A stretch of 64,000 nucleotides of DNA from contig NC_088804.1 in assembly GCF_011386835.1 (NCBI RefSeq), positions 38,006,001-38,070,000 of the forward strand, read 5' to 3'. Below are positions 52,581 to 64,000 of the stretch, one piece after another. The position numbers were made by a program, and so were the translations under genes. Each line of letters starts with the position of its first letter. Position 1 is the first letter of the stretch. Origin of the DNA: Chrysemys picta bellii (Eukaryota). The notes under the pieces were generated by a model, which worked only from the letters and a program-made list of their open reading frames with translations, did no database searches and was not told where the DNA came from.

Positions 52581-54599
52581 CGCTAGATAGATCAGATCTA
52601 GCGACCTATGTGCGCTATACATCGGTAGATAAGACCGGTTTCTTGGGGAATTGAGACGCAAAACGTAAACCACTTTTATTTAGCTCCGAATTGTCCTGCA
52701 AACACCTACATTCCCTGGCTAAGGAGAGGAGAAAAGCGGCAGCACCGTTCCTTTCTAACTGCTAGCCGCCTTCTGCTTCAGCCCTCAGATGCCCGTCCGG
52801 TCCCACCCAGAGCTTTCCTGAAACTGAAAAATCTGGCCTCTTGCAGACAATTCTTTAGGTTGTTTTCGAAATCACGTAGCCAAGGCATGTGGGGCGCTTG
52901 GGGCTTTTAGCAAAGCTGATTCAAGAGAGGGAGGGGGTCTTTTAATTCTGTTAGTGTCTTAAAAAAACAATCCATAAAATACCTGGTAATTTACAGTTTA
53001 TAAAAATGCCTGAAAGTCTCACTAGCAGCAGGAGGAAAGAACAATGCAAACGTTAATGAGACGTCACAACGAGCCATGCACCCCAAAGCAGAGAGGAAAA
53101 GAAACAGGGAGGTGGGGATGCAAAGCAAACAGACTTTTGATAGCGGCGTTGCAATGCAGACGATCTGCCCTTTTACTGCTGTTTAGTGTTTATTCCTTCG
53201 GGCAATAAACCTGCAATTTTCCTGAGTAGTGGCTGTTTTTGCTGTTTGTTTTGCCATTGCTGGGTTTGAGGGTAAGTTTTGATTTGGGAGGGCGGTTATG
53301 GCGGAGAGGAGGGCTGACTATTTTGTTTTCAAGGCGTTTTCTCTGCCCATTGATCTGATTTTTCGCTTTATTTCTCCACTATTTCTTTTCGCATTTCATT
53401 CTATTATTTCTAATGCGGGGGAGGGGAGAGAAAGGGGGTTTATTTGGTCTTTACTCCGAAATAAAAGCCCCTTCAGGTCAAGTGAATGTCGCTTTATTGA
53501 ATTCACTCCGAATTACCAAAAAGAGTCCCTGGCTTTACCAGTCTGCCTTCTCTTTAGAGACAGCGGCTTGTGCCATCAATTGCGTTCGTCGGGTTTATCG
53601 ATAATTTCTATGTAACCGAGCCCCAAATAAATTACCCCCCACGTCCAAAATGTCAAGTTTGAAAAGAACCAGTTTCAGGAGCTGAGGATCGCAAGAACGA
53701 CTGGAGCTGCGGTGGGTCCAGTCCAGAGATCAGCCCGAAGAGGAAAAGAAGTGTCATCAAAGTAAAGCTAGTTAATTTCAAGTCATTCATTAAGGGCTTG
53801 ATCCCAACCCCATTAAGTCAGTTGGCTGTGAATCTGGTCCTAAGCAAGAAAAACAGAACATTTGATTTAGGACACCGCTGTCCATGAAATATATCTGGCT
53901 ATTTCGCTCCTCCATTAGCTTCAGCTAATCCCAACATACGTTTTAAAAACACACCATATTAGTTCCTTAGAATAGGAAAAGCGGACTGCGGTGTTGGCAG
54001 ATAAAAATCCCACTGTATGATGGGTAGGAAGAAAAGAGAAAGGAAGACTTGAACTATATTTATCTTCATCAGCACGAAATTCCTTCGACAAAAAAAACCT
54101 GTCAAAAATCCTATTCTCCTTGCAAAAATCGCCTCCGGGTATTTTTTAAATTATTACTATTATTATTTTAAAGATTTCTTTAAAACAAGGGGATTGAATT
54201 TAGACTGGGATAAAGGATTTCTTGGGAGCAGAAGCCAAGAACAATAGCAGCTCCTTTCAAGTTTGCACTGAAATATGACATTGTTAAAAAAAAAAAAAAA
54301 AGAAAGTGAAGATATTCAAGTAAATTATCCTGGACTGCAGGGATACGAGCTATGGCCGTTTGGAGAGGGGGAAGATCTCGTTGTAAATATAGGGTCCTAT
54401 TATGCCTTCCTTGCCCACCCTACCATCCCATTGGCACCGCAAAGGGAGTTGGGGAACCAAATAATGCACAGTTGGGCGCTCTCTGGCCTGATCCAAAGAC
54501 TAATGCTGTCAATGGAAAGATTCCCACAGACTTTGGATGGGGGGGGGCCCTATGTCCCCCATAGAGGTGTCGCACACTCTCACCATGTATTACACCGCA

Positions 54600-56221
54600 T
54601 GCTATTTTATTTGCTGTTCATACAATTGTGAAGACCATGTACAAATAACATACAGGTTTTATTTTTGGTTCGGTTTTTTTTTTAAAAGGACAAACACACA
54701 AAGAGGGCCACAAAATCATCATTACCATTTAATACAGTGCAGAAGAAAATTAAAATAGGTGTCACCGAACTGTACAAAGGCGGGACAAAAAAAGGGGGGG
54801 ACGGGAAGAGGAAATAATCCTTCATTATATATATATTTATATAAACCACGGGGCGGATTGTCTTTACACGCAGATCAGACATTTTAAAAAATGTACAATG
54901 GCTAGCTAAAAAAAAAAATCTATATGGCAAATATTGCCAACAAAGTGACACCACTTTAATACTGATCAACTGAGGCTACTGGTGTCTCGAGTATTAGCAA
55001 CAAAAAACATGTAGAATAAATAACAGGATGAGCCTGGCTATTTTTTTTTCTCAAAGTGCCTTATTCTCTCTGCATAGGGTCTGATCCTGCAGTCGGAGGC
55101 AGGCAAATAACTCCCTTTGGGAGATTTTACCTAATGCGGGGTTGCAGGCAAAAAAAAAAAAAAAAAAAGTACGTCTCTAACGCAGGGGCTAGAATGGAGA
55201 CTAGGATAAAGCCAATGGGAGGGGGTTTGTCGTTTTGTTGCCCTTATTGAGACGCCAAACCCCTGCATTTCCTCGTGAGCCAATGTTTAGTCCTTAGTGT
55301 ATAGCGCTGATTCACACATTCCCTAACCCAACAGGGAGAGGGAGACCACAAAATATACTGCAGAATTTGGAGAATAGGCTACAAATGCACAATCACATGA
55401 AAAGAGGGTATGGGGAGTTCTTTTCTGCTCTCAGGGAAGTCAACAGCCCCACACCCATAGACTTGGATGGTGCAGGAAAGCCCCCCACACACCAGTAAAG
55501 AGCTGAAAGGGAATAACACAGGCACATCGAGGAATTATTTTCCCTTTTCTTTTCTTTTTTTAGGACAGTGAGGGATTGGAAGAGCCCTTGGCCAGAAATC
55601 CCATCTGTGTTCTGAAGAAGATTCCAAGCAATTCCTTTAACCCTTCAGTTACACATCTCAACCAGACCATTTCCAAAAGATTTCCATTCTCCTTTTAAAG
55701 CTCATCGCGCCTAGAGTTCTGGTCCAAGCAAACCCTTCCCGATCGCTTTCATCCCATATTTTCCGGATGGTTTTTTTTTTCTTTCTTTTCTTTTTTTTTT
55801 AACACTCATGGTTTTTTAAAAAAAAAATACAATTTTGGATTTTTTTCCCACCCCATCAATAAAAAATAAGAGCTCGTATTAGCAATGAAACAGACACGTG
55901 ATTCTTGGAAACTTAGTCAGCTCACAGCCCCCGAGCGATGCTACACACGAAGGAAAGAGACAGCACCCCGTGTTCACTTTACCCTTTCCAAAAAGGCACG
56001 TGCATCCCTGCTTCTTTAGCTTAGTGTTAATTCGTTTCAAAATGTTCCCAAACGCCAGGCTTCTGCGGATGGTTTATATACCTCCAGAGTAAAATCAGTC
56101 TAGTTATTTGGATGTCCCTTTAGCACAGAGGGTCTTTTGGGAGGTCCCTTCCACATAGAAAGTTTCCTTTGTGTCGTGATTGGGGGGGGGAGTCCCCAAA
56201 AGTTGGCTTAGTTGCCTGTTA
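54600..56221 (-). other. FOXF1: FOXF1 3' UTR with candidate poly(A) signals at 54658-54663 and 54606-54611
   Basis: Downstream of the stop; two plus-strand TTTATT equal AATAAA on minus; AT-rich distal block. Confidence 0.6.
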
Positions 56222-56382
56222 TCACATAACACACGGCTTGATGTCTTGGTATGTCACTTGCTGATGATAGTAAGATCCACTCCCTGCTGAATGCATCGAG
56301 GAAGAGGCCATCGCGTTGAAAGAGAAGACGAATTCTTTCCTGTCACACATGCTTGGAGACTGGGAATGATACCGAGGGATTC
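56222..56382 (-). CDS. FOXF1: FOXF1 exon 2
   Basis: Acceptor TTCTTCCAG|GA, then [52 protein letters not shown]-stop, the characteristic FOXF1 C-terminus. Confidence 0.97.
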
Positions 56383-57279
56383 CTGGAAGAAATCGGGGAT
56401 CAGAATTAAAATGACGCTTTAGCAAGTGGCTAGAACAGTAATCCTATAGAGAGGCCTAAATCAAATGAAGACGCTTGGGGGTTCTCTACCATCACCCCGT
56501 GCTGGCTGGGGGGGCATTTGGGAGGAGGGTTTTCACTGCACGGAAGGGAACACGCCAGTGCTGCTTTATCATCCCAGGGGGTTTTGTTGCGCACAAACAG
56601 GTGCTGTCATGGCAGTCCTTACTCAGAGGAAATTCCCATTGACTTTAATGGGAGTTTTGCCCGAATGCGAATTGCAGGATGGGGCGGTATATTTCCTGGC
56701 GGGCTAAGGAAGCAGAAGCATTTCGAAGATGTGTGTTTACATTCTGCGTCCTTGATGTACAGATTGAGGGCCTGATGCTCCTTCCGTGGGAGTCAACGGG
56801 GGAGGGAAAGGCCCCTTGATTTCCAATGGGACCTACCGGGCTTTGACTGCTTACCCCTCCCTGCTCCCACTACTCCTGAGCGCTGACAACGAAAAGAAGA
56901 AGAGTTAGCAAACGTGGGGGTCAAATGGAAGGAGCCCAGCGAGCCTGGGGTTTTAAAGCAGAACTCCCATCGAAATCAAAGTGAAACCTCCAAAGAGATT
57001 TCCCCCAGTGACACCCAAAGCAAAGCAATGCTATATTAAAACAAGCCACGGCAGTGGGAACAAGGATAATAATGACTAGTAAGCGCAAGGGTGCCGAGAG
57101 CCTTCCGAATTATTCATGTTTTCCAGCACAAAATCAATCAACTCTGAAACGTTTCCTTCTATCTAATCGATCAAACCCAAGTGCTCCCATGTTGGTGCCA
57201 TTGTTACACGCTTGGTGTTTAAAATCTTGTATTAAAAACCCCGTAGTGTGTCTCTCCGATTCGGAATAAATGATACTTT

Positions 57280-57407
57280 GCAGTTAATTTCGAATAATTA
57301 ATCCGGACTAGTCCCATAGAATTTTGCAGCTAATCTGAAATGATTCATCCAGTCTATTCCAATTATATTTTCGCAGTTGATCTGAAATAATTAATCTGGA
57401 TTACTCC
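57280..57407. repeat. Three degenerate tandem units (46-47 bp period) in the FOXF1 intron
   Basis: Units start at 57280, 57326 and 57373; their 35-nt cores align without gaps (unit 1 vs 3: 28/35; unit 2 vs 3: 26/35). Confidence 0.8.
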
Positions 57408-59522
57408 AGGCTCTGCAGTTTAGTTCCCTTAACAGTATGTTTACATGAGGGGCTGAGCGTTCCACCTGCCATCGGATAGGTGGGAAAAGAGATCTGCCAA
57501 GGGTGACACCGCAGTGTTCACTCTTGCTATTCCATGGCCGCTATTCCGGTTCACCCTTATTTTATGGGACTCCGTTTACACGCCGGACTGTACGTTTCTC
57601 CAGCAGGCCCGCATTTCAAAGCCCAGATGGGCCCCCCAGGAGATGTATTAAAAATACAGTTCCCCCAAATAGCACTCGATTAAAATGGCGAGAGAAATAG
57701 AGGGAAAGAGCCAGCGATTTTTTTAAAGGGCTGCTGAAGTTAATTGTCAGGTTTCAACACAAAAGTCAGGTCAAGGAGAAACCCTGGTTTAGCCCTATTG
57801 AAAAACAGCAACTCTGTGTGGCAGTTCTAAAACTTTCCTGCTTTGCGATCACTTCGTTTGTATTCTTACTGCGAGCCCTAACAGAAAATATGATCGAGCG
57901 GGCCATTAATCCAGTTCATCGTGTCTACAGCGTCTCGATACAAGGACCCGATCGAACAGAATTGCCACTGAGGTCAGAGTTGATCCAGAGATCTGGATTC
58001 ATTTTTGCTTCGACGCTTTTAGTGCCCGATCTAATCGATTAATTCAGATCGGGTGAAAATATATCGGAACATTTCCCCCTTTTCGGGTCCACAGTCACCC
58101 CCGCGCCTTTCTCAATAGCACAGGGCCTAGGACGAAAGTGCACACGGGACATGAAAGCACCAACCTCCGCGCAGAAAAACATGCCCGGAAAAACAGCCCG
58201 GCGGAACTGGTTTCAACGCCATGCATGACAGGGGTGAAATCCCGAAATCCTGGCCTCTTGACAACCCCCCGGCCCCCGGCCTGCAATGGAGCCGGTATTT
58301 CACCCTAGGTGCCCTGCAATGGGATGGTGCAAACAGCGCAGCGTGGGACGGTCCCCACCGCAGGCAATGGGAATCCCCAGCAAAGCCGCAGGCCGCTGGG
58401 CCCGAGATAACCTCTTCCCAGAGCTCGCCGCTCCTGCCGGCCGCTGCCCTCCTAAACCCTCGCCTCGCCACTGGCGTGTTTCCTTGAAGCAAGCCCTGTC
58501 CGGGAGTGGCTCAGCCCCTGGCCACAACAGCTCCTGGCTCCTAGAAACCGCATCCCCCTCCCTAGGTGAAATCGCACCTCGCGGGATATTTCCCTCCCTG
58601 CAAAGAATAGCTGGTCTCCCCAGCACAAGGGGAGTAGGTGCGTTGGTTTAATTCACCCTGGCAAGGAAAAAACCCATGATCCCCGGCTGGGAAGAGTCTA
58701 ACCTAAGGCGCGGGGATACTGAACTCTAGATTACTTTACTTTGGGGTCATCTATCGGGACATCCTCCTGTCCCTAGCCAAATCCCCCCTAAACTACTGCA
58801 GCGTTAGCTCTGTTTGCAAAAGCGACGGCATTTCACGGCTCTACTGTGAGTGCTTAGGTGTGGATATCGCTATTCAGCTCTACCGATCTGCTTTGCAGAG
58901 GTAGGAAGCGATCGTTAATGTACCAAGCCAGCAATTACTCTTGTTTGTTATACAGGCTGCGAAGAGACTGCAGAGAAATAACCCCAAATTGGAGGAATCC
59001 AATGTAAACCAAAGTGCACCGAAAAAGGTGGGAGGAGTGATATCAGATTTGGGGCCTGAATTCCTAAATGGAATTTGAAATCAGAAAGATAGATAACTAA
59101 AATATCACACACACACACACACTTGTATTTATCTGCCTATTTTCACATTTAGCCATGACAGATTTAAAATCTTTTCCTAAAGGACGCCAAAATTGGTGTC
59201 ACAAAATTTACACAACCGCCGGTGGGAGAAAAGAGGTAGAGGCCGGGGCCCCACGCCTCTATATGCGTGTGTATATGTTTAAGTGTGCGCGTGCATGTCC
59301 ATACATGTAAGTGTGTGTGTGTGTGTGTGTGTGTGATGCCTGAGCATACAAAACACTCGCAGAGAAGTGTTCGTACGGTCACTTGCATGGATCTATTGCA
59401 TGGCTCGCGTGAGATCACTTGCATGGATTGTTGCGCCTACGTTGCATGCATGCTCTCTGGCCTGCTCCTCGGCAGTGCAACCTGGAAGGCCCCGGGCACC
59501 GGCCCCCCACCTCCCCTGTTAC

Positions 59523-60664
<1,142 letters not shown>

Positions 60665-61892
60665 CTAGGTGCAGGGGGTTTTTCCACCAGGAGCCTGCAG
60701 CCCCTTGGAATAAACAAACGCAAGTGACCCCTCCACCCTGCCCCTAAATCCGAGCCCCGCGGCAAGGCTGAGCCCAGAGGCGAAGGGACCGGGCCGCTGT
60801 CCAGGGCTCGGGGTGCGGAGCAGAGAAGCCCCTGGAATTTGGTTTTTCTTTTTCTTTTCTTTTTTTCTTTTCCCCTACGTTGTTTTGCAAGAGGCCGGTC
60901 TCCCCCAACGCCGCCTCCTGGCTCTCAGCTCGGCTGCTGCTGGGAGTTGCTTTTCATCTCACTCGGGCTGGTTCTGCCCCAGCCGAGCCGATCGCCTTTA
61001 ACTTTATCTCGTGTCAGCGGCGTCTGTCGATCTTGACAGTCAGACGTAAGAAGCAACGGGAGTTCCCCGCCCCAACCAACTCCCCCACCTCCCCTTTTCT
61101 CCCCCCACCCCCTCGCTCAGGCTCAGCTCTGGTGGGCACTTAAAGGGACCTTTACACTCCGGCCAACTGCTTTGCAACTGATTCCCAGGCGGCTCCTTCT
61201 CGTATTGGGGCGTCAATCCCTTGTTCAATACGCCCCCCCCCCGAGGCGGTCTGTGGGGGTGATTTGGGAGGGGGGGGGGCGGGAGAGAGGGCGTTTTATT
61301 GTCTTTATTTTGCCTCGCAGTAGCAACATTTTTAAGTCACTAACATTTCCTCTGGACTTCTCTGATTGTCAGCCCCATCTTTCCAAAGCCCAGTGGAGGA
61401 CGGTGAAGACAAAGTTGCTCTGAACGAGGCAGTTTTCTGAGATCTTTGCTCTTACCGTCTCTATTCTGAAATCATAATAGAGATCGCAACGGAGCGGGGC
61501 TGGGGGCGTTGGGGGGGGGGGGAGAGTCAACGCGCCTGCAGGATTTAAAAGAGACAAAAATCAGTAGCAGCAGGTTTAAGTTCCCGGGCGACTCGCGTCT
61601 CGCCCGAGAGAAAAACAGCTGTTTGCTGGCTCTGAACGCCGCCGGGGCTGTTTGTACACAACTATGAAAAAGGGGACAGGCGGCTCGCCCTGGAGTGCGA
61701 ATCTAATTGAAATGTAGCAGGAGTGAAGCTCGCCCACTTAAAACCCAGTTTCTGATTTCTTTTGAAGATAGACAGGAACATGGGCAGGATGTTTATACAG
61801 CGAAATGTAAACATCTTCTCAGGGGTTCTTTAATAAAAAGAAATCAGAAAGAAAAGTCCCTGGTAGTTCGCATAGAGCCCCTCACTGCGCCA

Positions 61893-64000
61893 TATAAAAT
61901 AGCGCCCGTCGCCTGATTTGCTGCCGGGTTAGACTTTTGTTGTTGTTTGTTGTTGTTGTTGTGATATAAATATGTGTGATTTTTTCAGCTATGCCCAGAC
62001 TTTNNNNNNNNNNNNNNNNNNNNNNNNNNNNNNNNNNNNNNNNNNNNNNNNNNNNNNNNNNNNNNNNNNNNNNNNNNNNNNNNNNNNNNNNNNNNNNNNN
62101 NNNNNNNNNNNNNNNNNNNNNNNNNNNNNNNNNNNAAAAGGAGGGCAAAGCCTTCCTCAGACCCCCACCCCCAAAAAGTCTGACCATCTTTTCCTCAGTA
62201 AAGCTGTCACTCACTAATCAAGGTAAGTCACTTTAAACTTTTGTCACCTTCTTACCAGGCGCGCGTGGTAACTTTTGCACAATTAAGCTGTGAGAGGGGC
62301 TTGTGCGGAGGGCCGGGCGGGGGAGGGGGGGTTGGCTTTCACAGTTCATCGCTAGAAACTGAGCAGATGTGCTGGCTGTTGCCGTTTTCTTTCTTGTCAA
62401 GATGCGGGGGGGGGGGGGGGAGCAAAGGCCAGATAGTACGAAAAAAACCCAACTGAATTTGTGCTGCTGCTGCCTGTTCTCGGCTCTGCAAAGTATCTTA
62501 ACCGGGTGAAAGGCTGAAACCCCCTCCGCCGTCTCTCCTTCCTCCTTTAATTCCCCCTTCTGCCCAGATTCGCTTTTAAGGGTTTTATGTTAATTTAATT
62601 CCTTTTAAAAGAAAGATAGATACTGATCGGGTTTCCAAAATCCCTGTTAACGTTATTTGCAGCCAGTCGTTACTAGCCTCTAGGGCGCCTGACACATCTG
62701 TGATACCACCAACAGGGATTTCACATCAGGATTTTTTTTCTTCTTCTTCTTCTTTTCCCCTTGCAACACTCCGAAGCAATCTCCAGCGTTTGCAAGGGGG
62801 GAGCAGAACGTGTGTTTCCCCGGGAAACAAGCGCATTTCGGGACTTTTGCAGCTCAGTTCAGATCTGTCAATGTGCCTCGGTATATAGTTGTGTGCAACT
62901 GGCCCTTAAACATGCTAACAATACAGAAAAGTGAAGCATTGAGGACACGTATGTACTGCAGAGAATGATTTTCTGATTGGTATTTCACAGCCGGTCAAAT
63001 GCCCTAAGCTGCGAGCGAGAAAGAAAGCTCTCTAGTAAATAGCCTGGATTCAGGGCCTGGGTTGCAGGATAATCCACATATAACTGCAATGTGTCAGGGG
63101 GCTCTCTGTTTCTATGTGGCCTTCTCCCCACTCCCCCGGCTATAGAAATACGGTGAAATGTTCCCATAAATTGATATTATACGGAGGAGGGACCATCCCC
63201 CAGCGCAGAAAATCCCGTCCCACATCTCCATCTCAAAGCAGGAAGACACATGGTTTAAAATACCATTCTATGCCAGAAAAAGCATAGAGCAAACGGGGAT
63301 AACAAATCGTGTGTTGTTGCTTAGCTAAAAAAAAATCAGACATTTCCCCAGCTCTTCCTTAGTGAGCATATGCTTTCTCTGTTTACAGATCCCAAATGTA
63401 TAATGCAAAATAACCTTCTTAAATCAGCCTTTAATTTTCTTCTGAGCCTGTCTAACCTATTTTTCTCCATTGCAGCTATTATGTTATAGCTCAAATTATT
63501 ATTTGTCTTGATTTCTTTAAAATATGAAATCGCATTGTAGATACTTTCCTCCCTCTCCCTCCCTCCCTCCCTCCCCCCACTTTGCTTGAAAGAAATATAA
63601 AGAATGAATTTGGAAATTAAACAATTCAGAACCCAGATTATATATGTCAATTCCAGAATTCTAAACAAGGGATGCAATGTATTAAGATCTTTTGCAATTG
63701 TTTCTGGGGTGCTGATAAGGACACATTAAAAATAAAATTCTGCCTTTACAGCTTGCATTGCAGTTCAAGTTAAAATGTTGGTGGTAATTTACATGAGGAA
63801 GTATGTCCACTATTGTATCAGGAAAAAACAACAACAATCACCTGGAGCAAACATGACGCTTGTTTCAGTGATCTTAACGAAACAATTTTCTAAAAAATAA
63901 AACAATCTTTTGCTTAATTGTTTTCTTTGTTTCCCCCAGTGACTTTTGGGAGTGTGAAGATTTTTTCCCGACGTATTTATCTGGTAAACTTAAAAAAAAA
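61893..64000 (+). ncRNA. Candidate divergent spliced lncRNA at the FENDRR position
   Basis: Plus-strand TATAAAA at 61893, consensus donor AAG|GTAAGT at 62223, polypyrimidine acceptors ending at 62567 and 63939; position matches mammalian FENDRR. No transcript evidence. Confidence 0.4.
62004..62135. other. N run (132 nt)
   Basis: Run of n. Confidence 0.99.

Overview
Vertebrate nuclear DNA, most likely from a turtle (inferred from the CR1 3' ends and Penelope-type palindromic repeats, not from a database search). It holds the known FOX cluster in reverse orientation: single-exon FOXC2 (minus, 8165-9571), 8-exon MTHFSD (plus, 18675-38521, 405 aa, all introns GT-AG and in phase) and two-exon FOXF1 (minus, 56222-60562). 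The cores of both forkhead domains are covered by N runs. FOXF1 exon 1 shows six single-base frame discrepancies, all at homopolymers and most likely assembly errors. The middle of the window (about 13-49 kb) is rich in CR1, MIR, Penelope, MITE and LTR relics, while the FOX flanks are CpG-rich and transposon-poor. I found no supportable new biological system. The best leads are regulatory: a TATA box plus splice signals for a divergent FENDRR-like lncRNA, a duplicated TF-motif module downstream of FOXF1, a triplicated homeodomain-motif repeat in the FOXF1 intron, a 146-bp near-perfect palindrome beside a CTCF-like motif, and a solo LTR carrying a CTCF-like motif. Ortholog comparisons are from memory, and repeat boundaries are read by eye.
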